DNA of 63,099 nucleotides, counting the filler. It is 8 parts of 8 records of this genome, joined end to end, with 100 filler letters (N's around TTAATTAATTAA, not from the genome) between each part and the next. Parts side by side here need not be neighbours in the genome. Positions count along the whole stretch, not along the records: positions 8,033 to 20,434 come from SRR31156797_19909; 7 more parts are not named here. One strand, 5' to 3'. A model generated the notes under the pieces. That model saw nothing but the letters and a program-made list of their open reading frames with translations, was not told the origin of the DNA and searched no databases. This document shows positions 8,551 through 19,486 of this stretch, piece after piece (the first letter of the stretch is position 1; each line of letters starts with the position of its first letter). A program made the position numbers and the translations under genes.

Positions 8551-8650
8551 TGTATATTTTTATGCGTGAAAATAATAATAAAATTTCATTCGTGTGATTT
8601 TTTATTGTTAGATAATTCATTCTCAAAAAATATAGATTTAATACAGACCA

Positions 8651-10027
8651 ATGATATACGCCATTACAGATATTGAAACCACAGGAGGCAATGCAAGAAG
8701 AGAGAAAATAACTGAAATTGCAATTTACAAATACGATGGTGAAAAAATCATTGACCAGCTGGTTACTTTAGTCAATCCTGAGCGAAATATACCGTTGCAA
8801 ATTCAACAATTAACCGGCATTACAAATGAAATGGTGGCTGATGCACCAAAGTTTTATGAAATCGCAAAACAAATAGTTGAAATAACCGAAGATTGCATTT
8901 TTGTAGCTCACAATTCAGCATTTGATTACAATTTTATACAGCAGGAATTCAAATCTTTGGGCTATGATTTTCAACGACAGCAACTGTGTACTGTAAAGCT
9001 TAGTCGCAAACTACTGCCGGGATTACCTTCCTATAGTTTGGGAATATTATCGCAACAATTAGGCATCGAAATTGAAGCACGCCACAGAGCCTCCGGCGAT
9101 GCATTAGCTACTGTTGAGTTGTTCTCAAAGCTATTAAAAACACATGCAGGACACGATATTACAGACGTCGAAATAGCTGAAGTTCTTAAAGGTTTAAATG
9201 AGAACCTTGACAAAAATGTGCTGAAAACTTTGCCTGAATCAACCGGAGTATATTATTTTTTAGATGAAAACCACACTCCCATTTATATTGGAAAAAGTAT
9301 CAACATCAAAAAACGGGTGCACTCCCATTTCTCCAATAAAAAGTCAACGCGTGCCATTGAAATGAAATCGCAAACGGTGCATATTGACTACGAGATTACA
9401 GGTAGTGAAATGATTGCGTTATTGCACGAGTCAGCGGAAGTTAAAACCCATATGCCCCATTTTAACCGGTTACTGAGACGATCAACTTTTAGTTGGGGAT
9501 TATATGCTCAAACTGATAAAGAAGGTTATATCAACCTCTTATTAAAGCGGGTGAACCAAAAAAACGGAACGGCTAATGTGCTGTTTAGCAATAAGAAAGA
9601 AGCTGAAAATTATTTACACCGGCAAATCGAGGATTATCATCTTTGCCAAAAGCTTTGCGGTGTATATAAATCGAATTCCGAATGTTTTCACCATCAAATT
9701 GGGTTATGCGATGGCGCTTGCATTGGAGAAGAATCAGCGAATGCTTATAATGACCGCGTTTTACAATTTCTTGAGAAAACAACCATCCCCAACGATTCAT
9801 TTTTTATTATTGATAAAGGAAGAAAAAGCCATGAGAAATCTGTAGTTAAAATCTCTCATGGCGTATATCAAGGTTTTGGTTTTTTTGAACCTGAATTAAT
9901 TCAAAGTCCGGATGAATTACATGATTGTATAAACCATGCTGGCGATAATAAAGACGCCCGAACCATCATTAATAGCTTTCTAAGTCGCAATAAATACGAA
10001 AAACTCATTTATTTTAATGAATCATAA
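8651..10027 (+). CDS. DEDDh 3'-5' exonuclease (DnaQ-like) fused to GIY-YIG/UvrC-like nuclease
   Basis: DIETTG, VAHNSAFD and HRASGDA, then LPESTGVYYF, YIGKSINIKKRV and a Cys cluster C..LCG...CFHHQIGLCDGAC. Confidence 0.9.
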   Translation: MIYAITDIETTGGNARREKITEIAIYKYDGEKIIDQLVTLVNPERNIPLQIQQLTGITNEMVADAPKFYEIAKQIVEITEDCIFVAHNSAFDYNFIQQEFKSLGYDFQRQQLCTVKLSRKLLPGLPSYSLGILSQQLGIEIEARHRASGDALATVELFSKLLKTHAGHDITDVEIAEVLKGLNENLDKNVLKTLPESTGVYYFLDENHTPIYIGKSINIKKRVHSHFSNKKSTRAIEMKSQTVHIDYEITGSEMIALLHESAEVKTHMPHFNRLLRRSTFSWGLYAQTDKEGYINLLLKRVNQKNGTANVLFSNKKEAENYLHRQIEDYHLCQKLCGVYKSNSECFHHQIGLCDGACIGEESANAYNDRVLQFLEKTTIPNDSFFIIDKGRKSHEKSVVKISHGVYQGFGFFEPELIQSPDELHDCINHAGDNKDARTIINSFLSRNKYEKLIYFNES

Positions 10028-11927
10028 GCTTTTGAACAGTTTTACCTCCATTTTGGGATAATATTTCCACAAAGTATACACCTGTTGGCAACATATGAGA
10101 ATATTGATTTTCACTTAAATAATCAATTCTCATTGCCTTACCTGACATATCAAATACTTTCACTGATGCAATTTCCAGGTTGGATTGTATTGTAAATCGA
10201 TCGAATGATGGATTTGGATAAATGACAACTGCTTCTTCATTCAGCTTACTAATACTTACCAAATCACCTTCCTGAACAGAATTACTTTTTGAAATCATCT
10301 CATGGTGAGGATCAAAGCTCACAGATTCAACCTCATGATCAAATTCAGTGGAAAATAATTGTCCGTTTTCAGTATGATGAAACCAAACAACAGTATCTTC
10401 TCCATTTCCATAGATGAATATTGGAATTTTCATTTCAAAGAAATCAACTGAACTGTGTGATTGCGACTGACTTACCTCAAAATAAACTGTAGAGCCATTT
10501 TGATCCCAAACAATATCGTATTGTGGGTAGCCCTCATTATAAATCCAATCATCAAAAAACTCTGTTAGAGTTGTATCAGCTTCATCTTCAAAGTGTGAAA
10601 CAAGATCAGGTGTTAAAGCAAAATCATTGGCCAATTCACCATCATTTAAATAATTACGAAGTGCTTGAAAAAAATCATTATCACCAATTTGTTTACGCAT
10701 CATGTGCAATACCATAGCTCCTTTTGAGTATGATAATCGACCGCTAAAAATATTCCATACATCTGTAGTATCATACACATAAACTGATCCCCCGGGCTGA
10801 GTTACAACATAGTCAGCTTCATATGAGCGCCAATTTTTAAAAGGTTCCTGACCTTGAGAATATTCCACAAATAATCCCTCACAATAGGTGGCAAATCCTT
10901 CATTTAACCATATATCAGCCCATGATCCACACGTTATAAAATCGCCAAACCACTGGTGAGCCAATTCATGTACAACAAGCGATGAGCTTAGGTTAGCCAT
11001 AAAACTCATGGTTTGATGCTCCATTCCTCCTCCCCAACCAAATTGGGCGTGACCATATTTCTCGTCAGCAAATGGATATTTAATAAACAGATCACTAAAG
11101 AAATTAACTGCTGTTACAGTTACTCCGGCATTGTTTACCCATGAAGTATAATTTTCAGGAAATACGTAATTCAAGATTTCCATCACATCGCCATCTTCAA
11201 ATTCTACCGTATTGGTAAATTCATCATAATTGGTAACAGCAATGGCCACAAGATATGTTACAATTGGATGACGATGTTCCCAATGATAAATATCCCAATC
11301 GCCATTATCTACAACCTCAACAAGTACACCATTAGAAGCAGCTTTATTTCCATCAGGAATGTTTATGCTAATATCAATTGAATCAGCCTTATCAGATAAA
11401 GATTGCTTGCAAGGCCACCAGTCTTTTGCACCATAAGGCTCTGATAATGTCCAAATTATCGGCACACCATTATGAGTACTTTGAGTAAATGCGTCCGTTA
11501 TTTTTGATGGTTCACCATGGTAAAAAACATTCACATTTAAAGCAGTTCCTGCAGATAATTCACTATCAAATGTCACTGTAATAATATCATTTTCGTGAGT
11601 ATATGAAATTGGATCTTCTTCATAAAGAATGGAGTCAACAATCATATTACTGCTTAAATCCAGTGTTATTTCTGAAGTATTTTGAATCACAGAAAAATAA
11701 ACGTCAACATTACCGCCAATTGCATTTATCGCAGGGTCAACATTCCAAAAAATATCGTAATAACTCACATTAATGAGATTTCCTGCTTCTTTGTTCATCA
11801 GGTTATCCCAAATCTTTGAATATTTAGATTGTTTCGCTTTAGCGCACTCATGATCGTGTGTGTGATCGTGGTGTTGTGCATAAATTATAAAAGGTGAGAA
11901 TAACAAAATCAGTAATAGTTTTTTCAT
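10014..11927 (-). CDS. M1 family metallo-aminopeptidase with T9SS C-terminal sorting domain
   Basis: GGMEH, HELAHQWFGD, WLNEGFATY and YSKGA. C-terminal IYPNP...TGVYFV. Signal peptide MKKLLLILL suggests the start is 11927. Confidence 0.92.
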   Translation of the reverse strand: MKKLLLILLFSPFIIYAQHHDHTHDHECAKAKQSKYSKIWDNLMNKEAGNLINVSYYDIFWNVDPAINAIGGNVDVYFSVIQNTSEITLDLSSNMIVDSILYEEDPISYTHENDIITVTFDSELSAGTALNVNVFYHGEPSKITDAFTQSTHNGVPIIWTLSEPYGAKDWWPCKQSLSDKADSIDISINIPDGNKAASNGVLVEVVDNGDWDIYHWEHRHPIVTYLVAIAVTNYDEFTNTVEFEDGDVMEILNYVFPENYTSWVNNAGVTVTAVNFFSDLFIKYPFADEKYGHAQFGWGGGMEHQTMSFMANLSSSLVVHELAHQWFGDFITCGSWADIWLNEGFATYCEGLFVEYSQGQEPFKNWRSYEADYVVTQPGGSVYVYDTTDVWNIFSGRLSYSKGAMVLHMMRKQIGDNDFFQALRNYLNDGELANDFALTPDLVSHFEDEADTTLTEFFDDWIYNEGYPQYDIVWDQNGSTVYFEVSQSQSHSSVDFFEMKIPIFIYGNGEDTVVWFHHTENGQLFSTEFDHEVESVSFDPHHEMISKSNSVQEGDLVSISKLNEEAVVIYPNPSFDRFTIQSNLEIASVKVFDMSGKAMRIDYLSENQYSHMLPTGVYFVEILSQNGGKTVQKLMIH

Positions 11928-12072
11928 AGTTAAAGTTTTTGAATAATTAAATACATAAAGCAAACGAATATAGTTTAAATAAAGTTTACGAGATATTAAT
12001 TAAGTTTTTTTTGGGAAACTTCTTTTATTACATTTGCAAACTAAAACATTAACAAACAGCAGAAGCCTTAAA

Positions 12073-12591
12073 ATGAAGCAATTTGTTTTTATACTGATTA
12101 TATTATCATTGTCACAGTTTTCCCATGGTCAAAAAGGATACTCGCACTATACAAATATTCCGCCGCCCCACTTTAAAAATAGTGTTGATGAAAAAGAATA
12201 TAGAATAAACGGTATTTTGTTAAGTCCCGAAGGTAAGTTTTTAGTAATTGATTACGGAAGGAAAGCATCTACACTCGCAATTTTTTCATTCCCTGATTTT
12301 GGACTTGTAAGTACACATCGAATTGAAAAAACTGTAGAACTCAGTCAAACCTATTTTGACAATGCAGATAGTTCACTGTACGTAAAAGAAGACAGGTATG
12401 CTCCTGACTACCTGGTAATTAACACATACAACCAGCGCGTAATGAACATTACTTGTGATCGCACTCCAAGAGGTTGTCCATCGCAACAAGCAGGATTTGC
12501 TAAAATAAGAACTTATAGTTCTGACAAATTGTATTTGATACAAAGATCAAAAGATAATAAGTCGATGCTGGAGGTATACAAGAAAGAATAG
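12073..12591 (+). CDS. Hypothetical secreted protein (possible beta-propeller fragment)
   Basis: Signal peptide from ATG 12073. Bacteroidota -7 element TACATTTG at 12029-12036. LSPEGKFL is WD40-like. Confidence 0.6.
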   Translation: MKQFVFILIILSLSQFSHGQKGYSHYTNIPPPHFKNSVDEKEYRINGILLSPEGKFLVIDYGRKASTLAIFSFPDFGLVSTHRIEKTVELSQTYFDNADSSLYVKEDRYAPDYLVINTYNQRVMNITCDRTPRGCPSQQAGFAKIRTYSSDKLYLIQRSKDNKSMLEVYKKE

Positions 12592-12635
12592 TTTATTAAA
12601 TTATTGACTACAACATTCCAGGACTTTCGAAAAAA

Positions 12636-13907
12636 CTATTGAGATTTAGTGCGGTGCTTCAGAGAATAAAGCATAATGGCAATTCCGATTAGCAAGGCTA
12701 CCACCCCCAGCATAAAAGTATTGAAATACCCCATTGTTTCATAAGCAAATACACCCACAATTGGCGCAAATAATGCTCTAAAGCCTGTTAGCGATAGATG
12801 AATAGCCTGATAATCCCCTGCATCCTCATTTCGGGCAAAATAGGCTGAACCAATATTCCAAAGTAAGGCCATGGTTGCAGCAAAAACACCATAGAAAAGA
12901 TATGCCACACCTACTGAATAATACAGTTTAAAAGTGCCTATCATGATCCAGTTTTCCCAATAATAGGTAATTCCCAAAAAAGCAATAAACATCATTAATG
13001 ATCCAAAAGTATAAATGGCAAAGGTACGTGGGTCAACCTTTCCAATCAGTTTTCCGAAAAAAGGTAAAATCAAAATAGCAAGTATGTTATATGCGTTTTT
13101 ATAGGTGGCCACACTGGTATAATTCAAATGCAGTTCTCTTTCGAAAAAGATGGTCAATACTGCTGCGCTTCCCATAAATGCAAAGCCATAAAACATAAAA
13201 CCTATTTCAAAATCACGATATGCTTTATGCTTGAGTATAATTCGGTTCATTCTTCTGATAGAGAGCCTGATAGATACCCAAAACCCTTTTTTAAAATGGC
13301 TTTGGCGCGGTACAAATTCTATTTTGGTGAGCAGATATACCGATAGAATTCCCAACAACCCCAGCACCGGATAAATCCAACGAAAAATATAAGGATCATG
13401 ATCGAGCCATATTCCAAAGGCAAAGGTGGCCAGCAGCATCACCACTTTATTGACCGAAGTAGCATAACTGTAGTATTTCCCAAAATTCTGATGAGAATAG
13501 CTGTTTTTGAGAAGCAAGTTTATGGTTGGAAAAACAATTGGATTCGCCATAAAATAAACCAGGAACACCAATAGGAAAATCCAGTGATAAACCGGAGGTA
13601 AGCCTTCTGTCATTGATGGAAAAAACACAAAAACAATCAGCGGTAACCTGGTTAATATAGAAACAGAATTCAGCATTTTACGCTTTTTCACTGTCCTATT
13701 CAAAAACTCATTCATGAATACAGCAAGGATGAGCACCATATGCTGAAACTGGAGTAAAAAACCTATCTGATAGTTTGATCCATCAAGGCTTTTGATGAGC
13801 ACAAATTCATTTAAAATTAACACACCACGTATGATGCCTTCAATAACAGAATAAGCAAAATGCAGGAAAAAAGTTTTACGCTCTTTATGTGTTAAGTCTT
13901 TCACCAT
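12636..13907 (-). CDS. MFS transporter
   Basis: 423 aa with about 12 hydrophobic helices and GKLIGKVDPR loop. Upstream TATCTTTG -7 element. Confidence 0.8.
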   Translation of the reverse strand: MVKDLTHKERKTFFLHFAYSVIEGIIRGVLILNEFVLIKSLDGSNYQIGFLLQFQHMVLILAVFMNEFLNRTVKKRKMLNSVSILTRLPLIVFVFFPSMTEGLPPVYHWIFLLVFLVYFMANPIVFPTINLLLKNSYSHQNFGKYYSYATSVNKVVMLLATFAFGIWLDHDPYIFRWIYPVLGLLGILSVYLLTKIEFVPRQSHFKKGFWVSIRLSIRRMNRIILKHKAYRDFEIGFMFYGFAFMGSAAVLTIFFERELHLNYTSVATYKNAYNILAILILPFFGKLIGKVDPRTFAIYTFGSLMMFIAFLGITYYWENWIMIGTFKLYYSVGVAYLFYGVFAATMALLWNIGSAYFARNEDAGDYQAIHLSLTGFRALFAPIVGVFAYETMGYFNTFMLGVVALLIGIAIMLYSLKHRTKSQ

Positions 13908-14077
13908 GATGTTTCGGCCGCAAAGATAAGTAAACTAGTGAGAGTTTATATTAATATTTATGGCGACTTTCTAAGCTTTTGAAAGCCTCTGGTTCGTAAG
14001 AAGATAATAGACAATTTGAATTATGATTAAAAATACTATCTAGTTAGGGAAAATCAGAAACCTACAATTGATCTAAC

Positions 14078-14746
14078 CTACAATTTTATCTCAACTAATT
14101 GTTCAATTACCTGATCAATTGGTTCTGAATCAATTATAATATCTGCACTGCTCCTAACCTCCTCCTTACCAGGAAATATAGCAATGGAATAAGTTGATAA
14201 CTTAAACATTTGGGTATCTGCAAATCCATCGCCAAAGGAGATAATTTTGCCGTTTTCGATATTATACTTTTTCAATACTGTTTTTAGTACTTCTGCTTTT
14301 GTATGCTCCTGTACATTTATTATAACTTCACCGGTGCATACATCATTGTCAAACAATATTTCATTTGATATAACTTCATCTAAGTTGAGTTCTCTTGCGG
14401 TAATATCATTCAGAAATGCTGTTCCAGTGCTAATCCCCACACATGGTATTTGCCTCTTTTTAAACCAGTCAATTAAATTCACAGCACCCTTTCTTATGGC
14501 GTTTAATTCTAAAACCTTTAGCATTTCACTTTTACGCATTCCCTTCCAAAGTGCTGCATCAAGCCTTGTCATTTCCTCGTAGGATATTTCATTATTTACC
14601 CATGCCTTGTAGTATGCTGCGCCTTGTTTACCAGTTCCTAAATGATTATGAAGCAACATCCAGGGATCTATTGTTCTTCTTAACGTACCATCAATATCGA
14701 ATATGGCAATGGAATTTTTGACACGGTTATTGTTTTTTGGTTGCAT
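14078..14746 (-). CDS. HAD-superfamily (phosphoserine phosphatase-like) hydrolase
   Basis: FDIDGTL, ISTG, K and GDGFAD motifs. Confidence 0.85.
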   Translation of the reverse strand: MQPKNNNRVKNSIAIFDIDGTLRRTIDPWMLLHNHLGTGKQGAAYYKAWVNNEISYEEMTRLDAALWKGMRKSEMLKVLELNAIRKGAVNLIDWFKKRQIPCVGISTGTAFLNDITARELNLDEVISNEILFDNDVCTGEVIINVQEHTKAEVLKTVLKKYNIENGKIISFGDGFADTQMFKLSTYSIAIFPGKEEVRSSADIIIDSEPIDQVIEQLVEIKL

Positions 14747-14857
14747 AGATACAAATTTAATTAGAATTAGTGCATAAGAAAAACATCAACATGCAATGCA
14801 TATTAAATATTTCAATAAGATTAGAAGATCTTTGAAAGCACTGAAAAATAAATCCAT

Positions 14858-14891
14858 AAAAAAATGGCTGCCAGTTTTCACTAGCAGCCAT
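14858..14891 (-). terminator. Rho-independent terminator
   Basis: Minus strand ATGGCTGCTAG-TGAAAA-CTGGCAGCCAT followed by a T-run, downstream of 14913..19031. Confidence 0.8.
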
Positions 14892-14912
14892 GTATATATT
14901 AATCAATTCGTT

Positions 14913-17900
14913 TTATTCAATCACCATTCTTGTTGAGAATAGTTTATCATTGGCACTTACTTGCAATAAATACATACCATTTTCAAGGTTATCTAGCTGC
15001 AAATTAAGCTTTTGGTCAACAATTGTAACGTTTCCGGCATACATTATTCGTCCATCAGGAGCAATGATTGAGATTTCAGCATCTCCATTAAACTCTTCGT
15101 TAAACTGCACATCAAAATGCCCATTTGATGGATTCGGATATATGGTTAAGTTTTGTGAGTAAACATCACTTAAACCAACAAAAGCCGTTTGCTCCATCAA
15201 TGATTCACCACATAAATTGTAGGCTGTTAAAGTGATAGGCTTCTCTCCTTCACTTGTGAATACAAACACAGGATTTTCTTCAGTTGAGGTAAATCCACCC
15301 CATGCAGTCCAATAATAACTATCAGCATCTGTTGATAAATTCGTGGTTTCCAGTGTCAAATCATCAATTGTAAAAGTAAAATCAGCCACAGGAAGTGGTT
15401 CCAGATTAATTGTAATTGCACTGCTGGTTTCTGAAAAACACTCATTGGAAACAGTACAAGTATATTCACCTAAATCACTCTCGGATGCTTCAGTTATTGA
15501 ATAAGAAAAATCTGCTGCGCCTGGTATTTCAACACCATCTTTATACCACTGGTATTCCAACATCTCTCCTTCTGCGGCAACACTTAGTGAAATAATTGAT
15601 CCGGCACATCCAGAAACTGTGGATGCAGTTGGCGCTACTGAAATACCATCAGGTACTACAATATGTACTTCGTTGGTTGCAGAACAACCATTTGTTGTAC
15701 CGGTTACAAAATAAGATGTGGATACTGTTGGCGAAACAGTCACCTCATTTGAGGTACCTAAACCACCTGACCAACTGTAAGAATCTGCGCCTGATGCTGT
15801 TAAAGTTGCTGATTCTCCTGAACATAATACTGCATCATCCACAACCACTACGAGGTCCGGATTACTATTTACAGTAACTGCAGCTACTGTGGTAGTTGCA
15901 CTACCAGCAGGATTGCTTACTTCACAAGTATAATCTCCGGTCATTTCAATGGTCCCATTAGTAACGGTATAATATGGCTGGGTTGCTCCTGCAATAATTT
16001 CTCCATCTAATAACCATTGGAATTGAAGATCATCGCCAGTTGCATCAACTGTCATTAGCAGATCTTCACCTTCACAAATAGTTCCACCTACAGGATTCTC
16101 TATTACAATAGGCTCAACATAAACTGTTACATATTCAATTTTTGATTCAATAATATTGTTAGTACCTGATGTCACAGATAAGGCAATATTTTTTCTTCCA
16201 CCATCGCTATAGGATACATCGTGAGGTCCTTCTCCAGTTGCAGTAGCCGGAGTTGCATTATCTCCAAAATACCAATTGTAGCTATCAACAGTCCCATCGA
16301 TATTTGCTGTAAATGTTACTGTTTCTGAAACTAATACTGCTGTTGAAGAAGCAGCAAAATCAACAGTTGGTAATCCGGCACCACCATCTACCATAAAAGT
16401 ATAACTATAGGCATTATTTCCAGGATCTTCATCTGTTGAACCATCAGTTACTTCAACGCTTACTTTAATCATATTTTCACCAACATAATCTAATGTAACA
16501 CCAGCAAATGTAATTACCTCTTCACCGCCGGCAGCTAATGTTCCTGTCCAGCTTTCAGTTACTGTACTACCATCATTTAATTGATAGGTCACATCAAATG
16601 AAGTAAAAGTAGTGGTACCCATATTAGATACGGTAATCTCAGGTGCAAATTCGTCAATAACAAAAGCATCTGTTGGAATATTCACTTCACTGATTCTTAT
16701 ATCTGTATCAAATCCTGTTCTGTATAATGGTGATTCCCATAGTCCGCGTCCATATGTTCCTGCTCTAATCCTGCTTTCGCTTGGATTGGCTTCGTTATAA
16801 TAAATCTCCAGTTCTGTTACAAAAGCAGATAATGGAAAACCTTGTGCAAAGTATTGCCAGCCGTTGGTGTATCTGTCTTTATAAAAAATACCCATATCAG
16901 AACCCACATATAAACCTTCTTCAGTTTGTTTATCAAATGCAATTGAAGTATAACTCACATCAGGTAAATTACCTGTGATATCTTCCCAGTTAGCACCCAA
17001 ATCAGTAGTTTTATATACCGAATTATTAAAACAAGCATAGAATGTATTTTTATCTCTCGGATGTGCCTCAAGATCAACAATTTCTGCACCAGCAAATCCA
17101 TAAACCTGTGTCCATGTTGGATTAGCACTATTCACATCAGTACTTACAAATACATTTTTACCTTCTGTAGCAAACCAAAATGTGTTTTCATCAGCAGGTG
17201 AAGCCTCAACTAATTTAATCATGCCGGGAACAGTAGTATTACTTGTTATATTCTCCCATCCTACATAATAAGAATTATTTCCACTTTGCATATAATCTGC
17301 TCTCCATAAATCACTATATCCGGCATAAAAATATTCAGGATCAAATTCATTGATTGCAAAAGGTGTACTCCATAATCCCATATAATCACCTGTGCTTGGG
17401 TCATACATTGCTGTTGGTGCAATAGATCCAAAACTAGAATTACCAAATCTTGAGCGTCTTATATCACCATAATATAATTCGCCATAGCGAATATCAGAAT
17501 CTGTATAATCAATAAGACATTCAAAACCATCGCCGCCAATAGATTGGAGCCAACCGCTACTTGTAAAGGTTGATGTTCCACAATCCTGATAACCCGCCAT
17601 AACCAGGTTAGCTGATTGTGCAGCTTGTCCAATTTTATACATTTGAGATATAGCTAGGGTATTACTATGGTCAATCCATGTATCTTTAGTTGATCCATTC
17701 TCATAAATACCACCATCATTACCCACGAATAGTTTTCCATTTAATGGGTTGTATTCCATAATATGCTGGTCAGCGTGAATATTTGAAGTCCAGTGGCCTT
17801 CAATATTCCAGGTTTGACCGCCGTTTGAGCTACTCCATACATTAATTCCACCTACATAAACGGTATTCTCATCGTTTGGATCAGCAGCCATACAGAGGTC

Positions 17901-19031
17901 ATACCAGGCCTGACCTCTATCATCATTTCCGGCCCAATCATATCCTAAAATATTTGGTTCAGTTGACTGTAAATCAAACGATTCACCACTGTTACTTGAT
18001 TTTACAAAACCGGCAAAATAATCACCAGACGATAGTACACCATATACTACATTAGGATTAGCAGGTGTTACCGCAATAGCTGTTCTTGATGAACTAATGG
18101 GTAAGCTACTGCTATTCCAGGTTAATCCACCATCTATTGAACGAAAGAAACTACCTCCCAATGCACCATATACGGTTGTTGTATCTCCTGGTTTATATTC
18201 CATATCCCAAAAATTTCCACTTTTTGTTCTTGTCCAGTTTTCACCACCATCATGAGTAACATAAATTCCAAGGTTCGTACCGGCAATAAGTGTCTGTGGA
18301 TTTTTCCAATTAATAAGCAAATCATTCACAATTCGATTTCCCATACCTTCATTCATGTGAATCCATGTATGACCGCCATCTTCACTTTTAAATACACCTA
18401 CTCCAGGAGCATCATCTGCATCTCTATCTCCTGTTCCAATGTATATAATATTCGGATTCAAAGGATTTACAGCAATCGCAGAAACTCCTAAGGATGGTAA
18501 ATTATCAGTGGTGGTTGTCCATGTATCTCCACCATCAGTAGTCATCCACATACCTCCACTTGGAGCCCCGATGTAATAAATATCTGGATCTGTTGGATGA
18601 AATTCTAAAGCATTTATACGGCCTAAACCTGAAACAAAACTACCTCCTGTAGGTAAATTCACAGGTCCAATTACACTCCAGTTTCCATTGGGAGCTTTAC
18701 CCTTATTTTTAATTTTAAAATCTTCATAAGCTTTTAAAGTGCGATCTTCCGGATAAAAATCTCCATTTTCATCCACAAAATACTGAGCTCTGTGAGCCCA
18801 TCTTTCAAAAGCTTTCCAACCTCCTATTTTTTTCTTATCGCGATCTTCTGTATATAACCTAAAAGCTTCTTTTGCCTTATGCAAATTCACATCCGGTTGT
18901 TTAATCATTTCTTTCCAACGAGGATTATCTTTAAAATCCTGTTTTTCAGCTTCTGTCAAATTTTGAGCAAATGAAATATTTGTCAAAATAAGAAGTGTGA
19001 CGAGTAGTGTTCCTAAAAACTTCATAAGCAA
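14913..19031 (-). CDS. Large T9SS-secreted protein: BNR/Asp-box beta-propeller (VPS10/GH74-like), CARDB-like, PKD and Ig-like domains
   Basis: Repeated Asp boxes (TTDGGDTW, SEDGGHTW, SIDGGLTW, TTDLGANW), GTYGRGLW, PKD YNWYFGD, Ig QWYKDG..GEYTC and C-terminal IYPNPSNG. Confidence 0.85.
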   Translation of the reverse strand: MLMKFLGTLLVTLLILTNISFAQNLTEAEKQDFKDNPRWKEMIKQPDVNLHKAKEAFRLYTEDRDKKKIGGWKAFERWAHRAQYFVDENGDFYPEDRTLKAYEDFKIKNKGKAPNGNWSVIGPVNLPTGGSFVSGLGRINALEFHPTDPDIYYIGAPSGGMWMTTDGGDTWTTTTDNLPSLGVSAIAVNPLNPNIIYIGTGDRDADDAPGVGVFKSEDGGHTWIHMNEGMGNRIVNDLLINWKNPQTLIAGTNLGIYVTHDGGENWTRTKSGNFWDMEYKPGDTTTVYGALGGSFFRSIDGGLTWNSSSLPISSSRTAIAVTPANPNVVYGVLSSGDYFAGFVKSSNSGESFDLQSTEPNILGYDWAGNDDRGQAWYDLCMAADPNDENTVYVGGINVWSSSNGGQTWNIEGHWTSNIHADQHIMEYNPLNGKLFVGNDGGIYENGSTKDTWIDHSNTLAISQMYKIGQAAQSANLVMAGYQDCGTSTFTSSGWLQSIGGDGFECLIDYTDSDIRYGELYYGDIRRSRFGNSSFGSIAPTAMYDPSTGDYMGLWSTPFAINEFDPEYFYAGYSDLWRADYMQSGNNSYYVGWENITSNTTVPGMIKLVEASPADENTFWFATEGKNVFVSTDVNSANPTWTQVYGFAGAEIVDLEAHPRDKNTFYACFNNSVYKTTDLGANWEDITGNLPDVSYTSIAFDKQTEEGLYVGSDMGIFYKDRYTNGWQYFAQGFPLSAFVTELEIYYNEANPSESRIRAGTYGRGLWESPLYRTGFDTDIRISEVNIPTDAFVIDEFAPEITVSNMGTTTFTSFDVTYQLNDGSTVTESWTGTLAAGGEEVITFAGVTLDYVGENMIKVSVEVTDGSTDEDPGNNAYSYTFMVDGGAGLPTVDFAASSTAVLVSETVTFTANIDGTVDSYNWYFGDNATPATATGEGPHDVSYSDGGRKNIALSVTSGTNNIIESKIEYVTVYVEPIVIENPVGGTICEGEDLLMTVDATGDDLQFQWLLDGEIIAGATQPYYTVTNGTIEMTGDYTCEVSNPAGSATTTVAAVTVNSNPDLVVVVDDAVLCSGESATLTASGADSYSWSGGLGTSNEVTVSPTVSTSYFVTGTTNGCSATNEVHIVVPDGISVAPTASTVSGCAGSIISLSVAAEGEMLEYQWYKDGVEIPGAADFSYSITEASESDLGEYTCTVSNECFSETSSAITINLEPLPVADFTFTIDDLTLETTNLSTDADSYYWTAWGGFTSTEENPVFVFTSEGEKPITLTAYNLCGESLMEQTAFVGLSDVYSQNLTIYPNPSNGHFDVQFNEEFNGDAEISIIAPDGRIMYAGNVTIVDQKLNLQLDNLENGMYLLQVSANDKLFSTRMVIE

Positions 19032-19186
19032 CTATTTGATTTATTTATATTTTATCAATTGATTTTCAGAAAGTGGTCCTATATTACTACGGAATTAATA
19101 TATATTTTGTTGTAAAAATGATTTCTAAAAAACGCTACAAATTAATGAAATGCATGGAAAAATAGTAATTTTGCATAAAAATTCTC

Positions 19187-19477
19187 ATGCAACCAAAACA
19201 TAAAGCCCAGGCGGGCACATTTGAATCCAGCGATATCATGATATTAATTGAGCCTCTTGAAACAGGCCAGGAGAATCTTATTGAACTCTCATCCAGCGTT
19301 GGAAAGCAATTCAAAAATCAAATTTTAAGCGATATTCATGAAATACTAGAAAAGTATAAAATTTCAGGTGCCAGAGTAATCGCAAAAGACAAAGGCGCAC
19401 TTACTCCCACCATCAAAGCCAGAATGGAAACAGCTGTTTTACGATCAATAGATAAACAAAAAGGAACACTTCAATAG
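19187..19477 (+). CDS. citD: Citrate lyase acyl carrier protein (gamma subunit)
   Basis: AGTFESSD with Ser14 as prosthetic-group site, SSVGKQF and DKGAL..TI.AR. -7 element TAATTTTG at 19166. Confidence 0.92.
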   Translation: MQPKHKAQAGTFESSDIMILIEPLETGQENLIELSSSVGKQFKNQILSDIHEILEKYKISGARVIAKDKGALTPTIKARMETAVLRSIDKQKGTLQ

Positions 19478-19486
19478 TGTAGCAAT

